A program made the translations under genes and the position numbers. From positions 1 through 62,086 of IMG/VR virus record IMGVR_UViG_3300008120_000239: DNA of 62,086 nucleotides; one strand, written 5' to 3'. Below, in pieces: positions 50,151 through 59,041 of the stretch; within the stretch, counting starts at the first letter, position 1, and each line of letters opens with the position of its first letter. The stretch comes from a virus. Its lineage: Duplodnaviria; Caudoviricetes. The notes below the pieces were generated by a model. That model was not told the DNA's origin. It did no database searches and saw only the letters and a program-made list of their open reading frames with translations.

Positions 50151-51019
50151 TGAGTACAAAAGGAATTATTTTAGCAGGAGGACGTGGAACACGTCTCTAT
50201 CCACTCACATCAGTAGTATGCAAGCAATTACTCCCCGTTTATGACAAACCAATGATTTATTATCCCTTAGCTACCCTAATGTTGGGTGGAATTAGAGAAA
50301 TTCTCATTATTTCAACGTCAGAAGACATCCCATTGTTCAAAAAACTGTTAGGAAACGGTGAGCAATTCGGAATTTCTATAGAATATGCCGTTCAAGATGA
50401 ACCAAATGGTATCGCAGAAGCGTTTACAATAGGTAAAGATTTTATTGGAAATAACCAAGTTTGCCTTATTTTAGGTGATAATTTGTTCCATGGCAAGTTA
50501 GATTTCTTACGAAATGCACTACAAACTAACGTTGGTGGTACTGTTTTTGGATATAAAGTGCAAGATCCTGAGAGATATGGTGTAGTTGAGTTCGACGCAC
50601 AAGGTAAAGTTATTTCAATTGAAGAAAAACCTACCAATCCTAAGTCGAGATATGCAATTCCGGGACTTTATATCTTCGATTCCAATGTTTCTTATATTGC
50701 TGAGAATGTTGAACCGAGTGAACGAGGTGAAAAAGAAATAACATCCGTTCAAAATGCTTACCTAAATAGTGGCAAACTACGTGTAGATCTCGGTGGTCGC
50801 CGTATCATTAAAAAAAAAACGGGAACACCCGAATCACTCTTAGAGGCGGGACAGTTCATTAGTGTCATTGAAAGAAGACAGAACATGAAAGTTGCCTGTC
50901 TCGAAGAAATTGCCCTACAAGTTGGTTTTATTTCATTAGAAGAATTTGAGAAGTCTGTGGATATGCTTCCGAATTCATTATACAAAGAATATTGTAAAAA
51001 AATCTTATTAGAAAAGTAA
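50150..51019 (+). CDS. rmlA: Glucose-1-phosphate thymidylyltransferase (contains an adapter artefact)
   Basis: GIILAGGRGTRLYPLT...KQLLPVYDKPMIYYPL, LILGDN, EEKP, RGE.EIT. Confidence 0.95.
   Translation: MSTKGIILAGGRGTRLYPLTSVVCKQLLPVYDKPMIYYPLATLMLGGIREILIISTSEDIPLFKKLLGNGEQFGISIEYAVQDEPNGIAEAFTIGKDFIGNNQVCLILGDNLFHGKLDFLRNALQTNVGGTVFGYKVQDPERYGVVEFDAQGKVISIEEKPTNPKSRYAIPGLYIFDSNVSYIAENVEPSERGEKEITSVQNAYLNSGKLRVDLGGRRIIKKKTGTPESLLEAGQFISVIERRQNMKVACLEEIALQVGFISLEEFEKSVDMLPNSLYKEYCKKILLEK
50781..50819 (+). other. Illumina P5 adapter (reverse complement) plus poly-A; sequencing/assembly artefact
   Basis: GTGTAGATCTCGGTGGTCGCCGTATCATT followed by A10 is the exact reverse complement of AATGATACGGCGACCACCGAGATCTACAC. 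Confidence 0.97.
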
Positions 51020-51031
51020 AGGAGCGGTCAT

Positions 51032-51400
51032 ATGTTTACAGGTGATTTTAGACGTGCCATCGTGCAGTCAGAGTCAAACTCACGTGCAGTGAAAACATAC
51101 TATGGTGAAATCTTTATAATATCCGTTATACTCGGTTTATTATTGGAGAGTTGGTTAGTAGCTGGCCTTTCATTCTTTTTACTTGCAGTAGGAATCAATA
51201 TACCAATCCTAAGTACACTTATTATTCTCGGAATGTGTATTGTATGGGGATTAGGTGGATTTATATTGGGAAGTATCCTAACACCAATGGCGGGTGTGGT
51301 TCTTGGTATAATTTTCTTTCTATGGTCTTTGGCAGTCCATAGGTCTGCAAGAGAATATACTAATGACTTGACAGACCTAAGAGACCGTAGTAGGTTTTAA
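51032..51400 (+). CDS. Multi-TM membrane protein; candidate sRNA target
   Basis: Hydrophobic core; RBS AAGGAGCGGTC. Confidence 0.7.
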   Translation: MFTGDFRRAIVQSESNSRAVKTYYGEIFIISVILGLLLESWLVAGLSFFLLAVGINIPILSTLIILGMCIVWGLGGFILGSILTPMAGVVLGIIFFLWSLAVHRSAREYTNDLTDLRDRSRF

Positions 51401-52632
51401 TCGGTTGTTCCCGTGAAGGGTTCACCAATTTTCCAATTGGAAATAATACTGTCTAACTGTGTAATGTCTTTGATTTCAATGCCACGAAGTTGTGCTATAA
51501 AATCTCTTTCTGACTTGTATAAGTAGAGTGGAATCCCTGCCGTTACTGTGTCTTTTAAAGCATTGTATAACATCTTACGTACTCCACGAACTTGTACGTC
51601 TTCACCATCTAAAGTAACATCAACACGTGTTATGTATGATTTTGCCTTCGGTATGTACATATCACTATGATATATGCGGTCTTCAAACTCGTCATATCTA
51701 TTTTTCTTTATTGCATTACCTTGAAGAGCTGCGAAGTAATCAAATGGTTTTCCTTTGTAATTAGAACTTAACTTGTTACCATCTAATTGAAAACGTACAT
51801 TGAGTGGTCTCATATAATCTTCACGTGATATTCTTGAATAACCTTGAACACGTGTACGTGCAACAGACATGAAGTGTGAATACTTATCGGGATTCACTGC
51901 ATAAGGTTCTAATACGGGATCGGGTAATGGGTTGTCCGCCAATTTAAATTTATCACTTCTCATTATATTTTCAAAGGCAGGTATATTTGTAAAGTGATAT
52001 GCAATAGAAGATATACGTTCATTTATTTTACCTTCTGTTTTGCTAATATCACCCAATCCTTCCATGAATTTATTGAGAATTTCATCCTTATTTTCTTTTG
52101 TAACAACAACTCCACCTGATTCACCGTAATATTTTTGCTTAGTTTCAAAATAACGTAGTTGTATTCCCATTTTAAGACATGCATCCATTATTTCATCAAG
52201 TGGCCATTTTGTCTTTGCAACACACTTATTCGGCCAAAAATCAATAGTTTTTATGTAATCTTTTGCATTTTTAATGTATTGGTCGTCTGAAAATAGTCGG
52301 TCTTCAAACTCATCACGGTCACGTGTGTTTGTGAAGTAAGCAGTTGCACCCCCTTTATACCGTTGTGATAGTCTTACACCGTCTATTTCAACACGTGCAG
52401 ATATACAACGTGCAGACCTTTCGGGAAATCCACCACTACGTATACGAGATAGTGACATATAATATTTTTTGTAGTTAGGTTTATCTTTTGCGGGTGATTC
52501 GTTCTTTGATAACTCAAAGGCATTCTTGTCTAATATACCCCAAAGAGATACTAATGAAGTAAAGTGCCATACTTTATCACTTATACGTTCATTTATTTTC
52601 ATTTCTTTTAATAACTGTGTTAATTTAATCAT
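51397..52632 (-). CDS. Tandem-duplicated ADP-ribosyltransferase-like protein, putatively head-packaged
   Basis: Two repeats, each with HFT...MS.(S/A)R...(I/L)DG..L...YKG...YF...DEFEDR; MIKLTQLLKE leader. Confidence 0.6.
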   Translation of the reverse strand: MIKLTQLLKEMKINERISDKVWHFTSLVSLWGILDKNAFELSKNESPAKDKPNYKKYYMSLSRIRSGGFPERSARCISARVEIDGVRLSQRYKGGATAYFTNTRDRDEFEDRLFSDDQYIKNAKDYIKTIDFWPNKCVAKTKWPLDEIMDACLKMGIQLRYFETKQKYYGESGGVVVTKENKDEILNKFMEGLGDISKTEGKINERISSIAYHFTNIPAFENIMRSDKFKLADNPLPDPVLEPYAVNPDKYSHFMSVARTRVQGYSRISREDYMRPLNVRFQLDGNKLSSNYKGKPFDYFAALQGNAIKKNRYDEFEDRIYHSDMYIPKAKSYITRVDVTLDGEDVQVRGVRKMLYNALKDTVTAGIPLYLYKSERDFIAQLRGIEIKDITQLDSIISNWKIGEPFTGTTD

Positions 52633-53098
52633 TGTTTTCCACCTTAGCTACAATAACTTTAGGCTCTATGCCCAATTGAAATGCGATGTCCATACGTGTG
52701 TTGCCTGAAAAAACAGACAGTTTGCCATCGGGTAATTCTAATACAATAGGATATTCCATCGGTTTTCCCTCCTTAAACCCATCGTAGATGGCCATAAGTG
52801 TCTCCTTGTTACGAAACTCAGGGTATGAACGATAACCACGTATGAGACGGAATAGCGAGTCAAAATCGGATGTTCTTGAACGTCTTTGGATGGTTCTGTC
52901 GATTGAGTCGGTAACTGTTATAATTTTACCACCTTTAACGGCGTTAATGAAGGAATTTTCATCATCAAACAGATGTAAACCTTTCAATTCATGTTCTACC
53001 TTAAACTCACGTTTAAGAATATCATTAGTAGGCATAACCCAATTGGTAAAATTAATCTTACCTTCTGCTTCCATTAATATGTTCAATAACTTTATCAT
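52625..53098 (-). CDS. ParB/sulfiredoxin-like domain protein
   Basis: PIVLELPDGKLSVFSGNTRMDIAFQLG; MIKLLNILME leader. Confidence 0.7.
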   Translation of the reverse strand: MIKLLNILMEAEGKINFTNWVMPTNDILKREFKVEHELKGLHLFDDENSFINAVKGGKIITVTDSIDRTIQRRSRTSDFDSLFRLIRGYRSYPEFRNKETLMAIYDGFKEGKPMEYPIVLELPDGKLSVFSGNTRMDIAFQLGIEPKVIVAKVENND

Positions 53099-53128
53099 AA
53101 ACATAAATATGGTGGAAAATTGAAAAAC

Positions 53129-53163
53129 TGCTTGCATATGTCCTAAAAAATGTTTATATTAGT
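53129..53163 (+). promoter_or_regulatory. Promoter TGCTTG-N20-TATATTAGT
   Basis: Exact copy; the ATG follows within a few nucleotides. Confidence 0.75.
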
Positions 53164-53166
53164 ACC

Positions 53167-54135
53167 ATGAGTGATTTAGTGTGTATAACAGCATATTGCC
53201 CTACAATTGAACAAGAAATTTCATTGGAAAGGTGTGTAGATTCTATATTAAAGTGTGGATTACATATTGCACTAATATCACATACGCATGTACCGATTCA
53301 TATTCAAAAAAAATGCAACTATTACATATACGACCACGAAAATGACATATCAGACGATGTTAGTTTAATGGGATACAGTCACTTTAAACGTGAAGCTTTT
53401 GAAGTAATCTCTAAATATTTTAGTAAATATTTTTATGGATTTGCAATTTATAGAATGTTTGTGATGGCAAGTCAAATTGCTATAAACTTTGGATACAAAA
53501 GATTGCATCACATAGAGTACGACTGTGAATTATTAGATCCAGAAATATTGTTTGAACATGCAAGGTTGTTAGATGAATACGATTCAATTGTATACACTGA
53601 TAATGGAAAAGATGATGGGTTTTTATTTGGCTCATTAAAATCTTTCAAGGTCGAGTCTTTGCCAGAAAAATTTAAATCGTATGACAGGGAATTTATAAAA
53701 GAGGAAATGGTTAAACTCGATAAAAAATATTTAGAATTTTTAACAAAAAAACTTTTTATGAATTCGGGTAAGGTTCTTTTCAAGAACGAAATTGAGTTGT
53801 CCGAAGATAAATTTAAGAAGGGGACACGTTTCTACAATCGAAATCTACATTATACATTGTTTTATGATAACAACAAATCAACATTAAATATTTTCTATAA
53901 ATCGATAAAAGATCATCCAGAAAAAATAAATGTAATCGTTAATGAAAATACTGTTATAACAATAAATACAGAACCAAATCTTTGGTACATTAGAAATTTA
54001 GGTAAATTTGAAGAAATAAATAGTGTACGCATAGATGATTCTAAAAATATTATGTTTGAAACAGTTTTTGATAAAAATAAAAGAAATGAATATAAATTAA
54101 CTTCTTACATAGTGTATTATGAAAAAAATAATTAA
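53167..54135 (+). CDS. GT-A-like glycosyltransferase, paralogue of the middle domain of 2210..4507
   Basis: Shared C..YIY..EN...G(F/Y)A(I/V)Y...A...G.K..H(H/I)..YD pattern. Confidence 0.6.
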   Translation: MSDLVCITAYCPTIEQEISLERCVDSILKCGLHIALISHTHVPIHIQKKCNYYIYDHENDISDDVSLMGYSHFKREAFEVISKYFSKYFYGFAIYRMFVMASQIAINFGYKRLHHIEYDCELLDPEILFEHARLLDEYDSIVYTDNGKDDGFLFGSLKSFKVESLPEKFKSYDREFIKEEMVKLDKKYLEFLTKKLFMNSGKVLFKNEIELSEDKFKKGTRFYNRNLHYTLFYDNNKSTLNIFYKSIKDHPEKINVIVNENTVITINTEPNLWYIRNLGKFEEINSVRIDDSKNIMFETVFDKNKRNEYKLTSYIVYYEKNN

Positions 54136-54946
54136 CTTTACACCAACAGGTACTCAACCAACACGAGAAAATTCATTTGCTCCGTTGTTACCAAATGAGA
54201 TAATCGAGTCAGTACATGAAGCAAATGAAATTGGTATATCAATAGTACATATACATGCAAGAGAAGAATTAACTTTAAAGAACACGTATAAGAAAGAAGT
54301 ATATCAAACTATAATAGAAGGTATAAAAAAATATTGCCCTGAACTATTGATATGCGTTTCATTGACTGGCAGAAATTTCTCAGAATTAGGGAAAAGAACG
54401 GAAGTTCTACAACTATATCCCGATATGGGTTCACTAACGATGTCATCACTAAACTTTCCAACAGGTGCATCAGTAAACCAACCTGAAATGATTTTGTCGT
54501 TAATAAGTGAAATGGATAAATACGGTGTACAACCCGAAATAGAATGCTTTGATACAGGTATGTTAAACTATACAAACTATCTTATATCTAAAGGTATATT
54601 ACATCCACCTTATCATATCAACGTTATTTTAGGTAACATATACAATGGACAGTGTAATTTAGATACACTATCATCAATTAAGCACAATTTACCATCAAAT
54701 TCATATACTTGTTTGGGTGGAATCGGATCACAACAATTAAAAAGCAATACATATGGTTTATTAGATTTTGATGGCATAAGAATAGGCCTTGAAGATAATC
54801 TATACTATAGAAACAAAGAAAAAACAACAAACATTGAGTTATTAAAAAGAGCACATAGAATACTCAATGAATTTGAATTTTCACATTATACATCCACTGA
54901 ATTGAGACATATTGGTTATGGCAACAAGATTATTAATAGTCGGTAA
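54119..54946 (+). CDS. kce: Beta-keto acid cleavage enzyme family (BKACE/DUF849)
   Basis: PTG...P..PNEI...GISIVHIHAR, PDMGSLTMSSLNF, PEIECFDTG, IRIGLEDNLY. Confidence 0.85.
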   Translation: MKKIINFTPTGTQPTRENSFAPLLPNEIIESVHEANEIGISIVHIHAREELTLKNTYKKEVYQTIIEGIKKYCPELLICVSLTGRNFSELGKRTEVLQLYPDMGSLTMSSLNFPTGASVNQPEMILSLISEMDKYGVQPEIECFDTGMLNYTNYLISKGILHPPYHINVILGNIYNGQCNLDTLSSIKHNLPSNSYTCLGGIGSQQLKSNTYGLLDFDGIRIGLEDNLYYRNKEKTTNIELLKRAHRILNEFEFSHYTSTELRHIGYGNKIINSR

Positions 54947-55556
54947 AGGCGATAATGTCATAACAATGATATTAGACAACCTGTACTCACAGAGTAAATT
55001 ATTAGATATACAGGTATACAATAATTTAAATTTACCAACTTTAAATAAATTCAACCATGATTGGTATAATATAACAGTATCAAATGATATTGATTTAAAT
55101 GAATACTCTCAATTAACTTTGGGTGTGTATCAGCCATCATACAAGGTTAAAATATTAAAGTCGTTAAATTTGGATGTAAACAAGTTCATTAATATTATAC
55201 ACAGTAGTTTAGATATTTCAAAAATGAGCACATTGGGTAGGGGTGTTCTAATAAACTCGAATGTGACAATTGCAGCTCACACATTAATCGGTGACTTTGT
55301 TAGTATAAATAGGCAAGTATCAATCGGACACCATACTACAATAGGTGATTACTGTTCAATAAACCCAGGAACAAACATTGCAGGTAATGTAACCATTGGC
55401 GAAAATTCTTTGATAGGTATGGGTGCAAATATAATAGATGGAATACAAATCGGTAGTAATACCATAATAGGTGCAGGGTCTTTAGTCGTTAAAGATATAC
55501 CAAGTAATGTTGTTGCATATGGGAATCCATGTAAAGTAATTAGAGATAACAAATAA
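54918..55556 (+). CDS. NeuD/PglD-like sugar O/N-acetyltransferase (hexapeptide repeat)
   Basis: NIIH...IGHHTTIGD...IGAGSLVVKDIP...YGNPCK. Confidence 0.88.
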   Translation: MATRLLIVGKGDNVITMILDNLYSQSKLLDIQVYNNLNLPTLNKFNHDWYNITVSNDIDLNEYSQLTLGVYQPSYKVKILKSLNLDVNKFINIIHSSLDISKMSTLGRGVLINSNVTIAAHTLIGDFVSINRQVSIGHHTTIGDYCSINPGTNIAGNVTIGENSLIGMGANIIDGIQIGSNTIIGAGSLVVKDIPSNVVAYGNPCKVIRDNK

Positions 55557-55558
55557 AT

Positions 55559-55593
55559 TGCTTGCATATATGGTATAAATTTATTATATTAGT
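55559..55593 (+). promoter_or_regulatory. Promoter TGCTTG-N20-TATATTAGT
   Basis: Exact copy. Confidence 0.75.
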
Positions 55594-55616
55594 ACTATAA
55601 TTAAAGGAATTATGAC

Positions 55617-55871
55617 ATGAGTTTTCAACAAGAAGTATATGAAAGGGTTTACAATTACCCAACACGACATGAAATGGGATTCATCCGTCAAGAATATATG
55701 AAACTGTTAGAAGAATATCCTAATATCAATATGGAAAGATTTTGGGATTTACTCAATGGCATTACTTCTATGAACGTTAATGGGGAAACCGTTATTTTTC
55801 ACCGTGATATTTTTATTGCAATTGTTCATGGTGTAGAAGATAGACTTCCGAATAGTTGGGATTGGGATTGA
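55617..55871 (+). CDS. Hypothetical protein
   Basis: AAGGA RBS downstream of the promoter. Confidence 0.65.
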   Translation: MSFQQEVYERVYNYPTRHEMGFIRQEYMKLLEEYPNINMERFWDLLNGITSMNVNGETVIFHRDIFIAIVHGVEDRLPNSWDWD

Positions 55872-55874
55872 ATT

Positions 55875-56180
55875 ATGGAAAAAACAATAAAAGACGAGTG
55901 TGTTATAAAGACAGAACCAAGAATGGTAAGAGAGGATTTCCAACCCCGTTTGCCTTCATGGATGCCAAAACCTACGGCAATGGACAACTTGATTTTACTG
56001 ATAAAGTTACCCAAAGGCAGTTCATACGAAGATGCCAATTATAGTTCTCACTCACTCTATGATGATATTATACATTATGTTACCATTGGTAATAATGATT
56101 ATACGGAAGTAGAAGTGCTAAGCAAACCACCAAATGAAATGAGCATCCTATGGGGCTTATTCAAGTGGACATATAGATAA
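55875..56180 (+). CDS. Hypothetical protein
   Basis: Operon ORF. Confidence 0.55.
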   Translation: MEKTIKDECVIKTEPRMVREDFQPRLPSWMPKPTAMDNLILLIKLPKGSSYEDANYSSHSLYDDIIHYVTIGNNDYTEVEVLSKPPNEMSILWGLFKWTYR

Positions 56181-56206
56181 TTTATAGTTACCGTTGGAAT
56201 TAAGTT

Positions 56207-56347
56207 ATGAAAAAAATAATAGAAGAAATTGATTTTTTGTGGAAAGGCGATAAATATATGTTAATCACTATGTGGATGTGTATATTATTAGCACTCGGTG
56301 TTTTAACAGAGCTTGGGTTTAACATTTACTTCACATTTTTTAATTAA
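56207..56347 (+). CDS. Small TM peptide (46 aa)
   Basis: Manual ORF MKKIIEEIDFLWKGDKYMLITMWMCILLALGVL...; leader TACCGTTGGA. Confidence 0.5.
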   Translation: MKKIIEEIDFLWKGDKYMLITMWMCILLALGVLTELGFNIYFTFFN

Positions 56348-56351
56348 AGTT

Positions 56352-56549
56352 ATGAAAAGTGATGACACTGCAATTATAGTTCATACACCAAAGGGTGTTG
56401 GTAACTTTCACCATGGCTTTTGCCATGATGAATCAGCAAATTTGAAAGAAAGATACACAGATGAACAATTACAGAAAATGTGGGAAGAGGCATACCCAAA
56501 ATCATCAAAAATAAGTGGTAAAGTTATTATTACAGGAATCCCTAAATAG
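56352..56549 (+). CDS. Hypothetical protein
   Basis: Start placed at MKSDDT. Confidence 0.45.
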   Translation: MKSDDTAIIVHTPKGVGNFHHGFCHDESANLKERYTDEQLQKMWEEAYPKSSKISGKVIITGIPK

Positions 56550-56867
56550 TTACCGTAAGGATAGGTGGTTTGTCCACTTTTTTAACTAAAAAACAAGACA
56601 ATAACGTGAATCAAGAAATTGAAAAACAACAAGATACGGAGAAACACCTAGTGGGCAAATTGCCCACTTGTTACACATAATACTATGGGATACGAAAGAA
56701 TATGATTGTTATTTATATGTTTATTTTTGCCCTTATACTTTGGGCCCCTACATTTCTTGTAGGTGTGTTGTTTGATTATCAAAATCTTTTTATTGAAGGG
56801 TTTTTTAGTGGAATCGGTTTTTTTATGGGATATGATGTGTATTACTACAAAAAAGGAAAGAATCGAA

Positions 56868-57146
56868 ATGGAACCGACTAAATTAGACAATAATGAATTT
56901 GAGCCCCTTATGAGGTGGCGTAAGTTTGACCCAAGGAACATACCGATTGGTGATACATTTTGGCGTATAGATGATTTGAAATCAAGTGTTAGTTATCATC
57001 ACGGTTATTATTGGTATAAGGAAGGAATATACAGTTACTTAATACTTTCATCGTATGATGATGAAGTAGAACACCTTTCACCGAGTATGCTTGTAGAAAG
57101 AAATGCTCATTGGATTTCCCCATATGATATAGGATTACCTGAATGA
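56868..57146 (+). CDS. Hypothetical protein (tandem paralogue 1)
   Basis: MRWRKFDPRNIP.G..FWR.D...GY...NAHW; AAGGA RBS. Confidence 0.6.
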   Translation: MEPTKLDNNEFEPLMRWRKFDPRNIPIGDTFWRIDDLKSSVSYHHGYYWYKEGIYSYLILSSYDDEVEHLSPSMLVERNAHWISPYDIGLPE

Positions 57147-57361
57147 AATGGACTAAATTTGACCCAAAGAAACCACCAAGTGGTCTTGTGTTGTGGAGAT
57201 TCGATTGGATGGAGGATTACGGTCACGAAGTCATCTACGTCCTTGGTTATGTCGATAAAAATAAGAAATTCCACATGGACCGTTCACCGATACCACTAAA
57301 CACTAAAAAACTATTAAAATTAAATGCACATTGGTTTAACCAAACAGAGTTATTATTTTAA
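57143..57361 (+). CDS. Hypothetical protein (tandem paralogue 2)
   Basis: MKWTKFDPKKPP.G..LWRFD...GY...NAHW. Confidence 0.6.
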   Translation: MKWTKFDPKKPPSGLVLWRFDWMEDYGHEVIYVLGYVDKNKKFHMDRSPIPLNTKKLLKLNAHWFNQTELLF

Positions 57362-57973
57362 ATGAATTATAAGCGAATATACAATAATCTTATGAAGTCT
57401 CGTCTTAAACTAAAGAAGGTGAGAATCGAAGAAAAACGTTCAGGTAGTTACTTTGAATGTCATCACATAGTACCGAAGTCTATGGGTGGTGAGGGAAGAC
57501 TCAAATCATACAAAGACTTAGAACATAAAAATATTGTAGTGCTAACTGCCCGTGAACATTATATTGCACATGCCCTATTGTGGAAGATACACAGAACACG
57601 TGAAATGGCGATGGCCTTTCGTGCCATGTGCAACATTGCAAAGGGCGGTAAGAAAAGAAACTATGAACAGAAGTATGTTGTGTCTTCACGGTTATACGAT
57701 GACCTCAGAAGTGATTTAAAACGTGTGGGGGTTTCAGACGAAGTTAAGGAACGTCTTAGACAACATAATCTCGGTAAAAAACTTTCACCCGAACATGTAG
57801 AGAAGATTAGACGTGCAAGATTGGGACGAAAGATGTCAGAAGAGGCAAAAGAAAAATTACGTGTTTATAGGACGGGAAGGAAGATGCCACCCGAAGCAAT
57901 CGAAAAAACCCGTCAGGCAAACATTTTAAGAAATAAATTATTACGTGAACAGAGGTTAAACAATGAGCAATAA
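57362..57973 (+). CDS. HNH homing endonuclease with NUMOD3 repeats
   Basis: MNYKRIY...ECHHIVPKSMGG...NIVVLTAREHYIAHALL. Confidence 0.88.
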   Translation: MNYKRIYNNLMKSRLKLKKVRIEEKRSGSYFECHHIVPKSMGGEGRLKSYKDLEHKNIVVLTAREHYIAHALLWKIHRTREMAMAFRAMCNIAKGGKKRNYEQKYVVSSRLYDDLRSDLKRVGVSDEVKERLRQHNLGKKLSPEHVEKIRRARLGRKMSEEAKEKLRVYRTGRKMPPEAIEKTRQANILRNKLLREQRLNNEQ

Positions 57974-58736
57974 CAATAATAATAATCGGTCATTTCCGTT
58001 AACACAGAGTGAAAGAAGTAAATTATTATGGGAAAACCGTAGAAAAAATGGTTGGGTGTCATCACGTACAGGAACGAAACATACCGAAGAAACTAAGAAA
58101 AAAATGAAAGAGGCATGGGAACGTAGACGTGAACGTAATTGGTCATATAGACATACACCTGAACAATTAGAAAGACTAAAAAATAATATAAAAAATTCAC
58201 CCCTTGCACAAGAAGCTCTTAAAAGACTTCACGAAAGCAATCGTGGAAAAAAAAGAACTCCTGAACAAAGGATACAACTATCAAAAACACTTAAAACATT
58301 TTATGCTGAGAACCCTGATAAAATAAGAAGGGGATATAAAACGGGACGTAAGATTCCTGAAGGATGTACCTTTAAAGGTAGGCGTCATACTGAAGAGGCA
58401 CTACAAAAACTGAGAGAGGCGAGTACAGGTAGAAAGATGTCAGATGCGGTAAAGGCAAAGATGAGAGAAACAAGACGTAAAAAAATGGAACTGAAGATTA
58501 TTGAAATGAGAGAATTGGGGTTTGAACGCACTTCATATGGTTGGAGAAAAATAAAAGTACCTAAAATCAAACCACCTGTAATTAAGAAAAAACGTGCGGT
58601 AAAGGAAGTGGTTAATCAGAAACCATCAACTAAGAGAGAAATTGTACTTAACGAGGTAAAATGGATGGATGTCAATAGAATATTTGATAAGATTTCAAAG
58701 TTAAGTGGAAATACAAATGGTGTTCAAGGTGGGTAA
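57963..58736 (+). CDS. NUMOD3-repeat DNA-binding protein without a recognisable nuclease domain
   Basis: GTKHTEETKKKM, GKKRTPEQR, GRRHTEEALQKL, GRKMSDAVKAKM. Confidence 0.7.
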   Translation: MSNNNNNNRSFPLTQSERSKLLWENRRKNGWVSSRTGTKHTEETKKKMKEAWERRRERNWSYRHTPEQLERLKNNIKNSPLAQEALKRLHESNRGKKRTPEQRIQLSKTLKTFYAENPDKIRRGYKTGRKIPEGCTFKGRRHTEEALQKLREASTGRKMSDAVKAKMRETRRKKMELKIIEMRELGFERTSYGWRKIKVPKIKPPVIKKKRAVKEVVNQKPSTKREIVLNEVKWMDVNRIFDKISKLSGNTNGVQGG

Positions 58737-58744
58737 AAAAGAAA

Positions 58745-59030
58745 TAACCCCCACAGGGGGTGTTCAAACAAAGGTTTCTCTAGTCAAAAAATTCTGGGGC
58801 CGATAGAAAAAGACACCCCCCGGCACTGCGTAGCCCTACCTAGGGGCGGGGGTTTACAGTTAATAGCCCCACCCCCCCCTCCGGGTCTCAATTACAGTAC
58901 AAATATACACAATTTCCACCACATAAACAAGCACTATTTTTGGGGTGATCAAAATAAAGTGCTTGGAAATTAGGGGTAAATTCCGTATCTTCCCGAACCC
59001 CCCGCGGGGGTATGGGGTGTATGGGAAATA
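58745..59030. other. GC-rich palindromic island; putative genome terminus/packaging or origin-associated site
   Basis: G/C runs and palindromes (CCCCCACAGGGGG, CCCCCGCGGGGG) in an otherwise very AT-rich sequence, next to divergent promoters. Confidence 0.45.
58899..58933 (-). promoter_or_regulatory. Leftward promoter TGCTTG-N20-TATATTTGT
   Basis: Exact copy; no ORF downstream. Confidence 0.75.
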
Positions 59031-59041
59031 AAAAAAATAAT

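Noticed and set aside
50781-50820. Novel RmlA active-site motif DLGGRRIIKKK
   Set aside because: It is Illumina adapter sequence.
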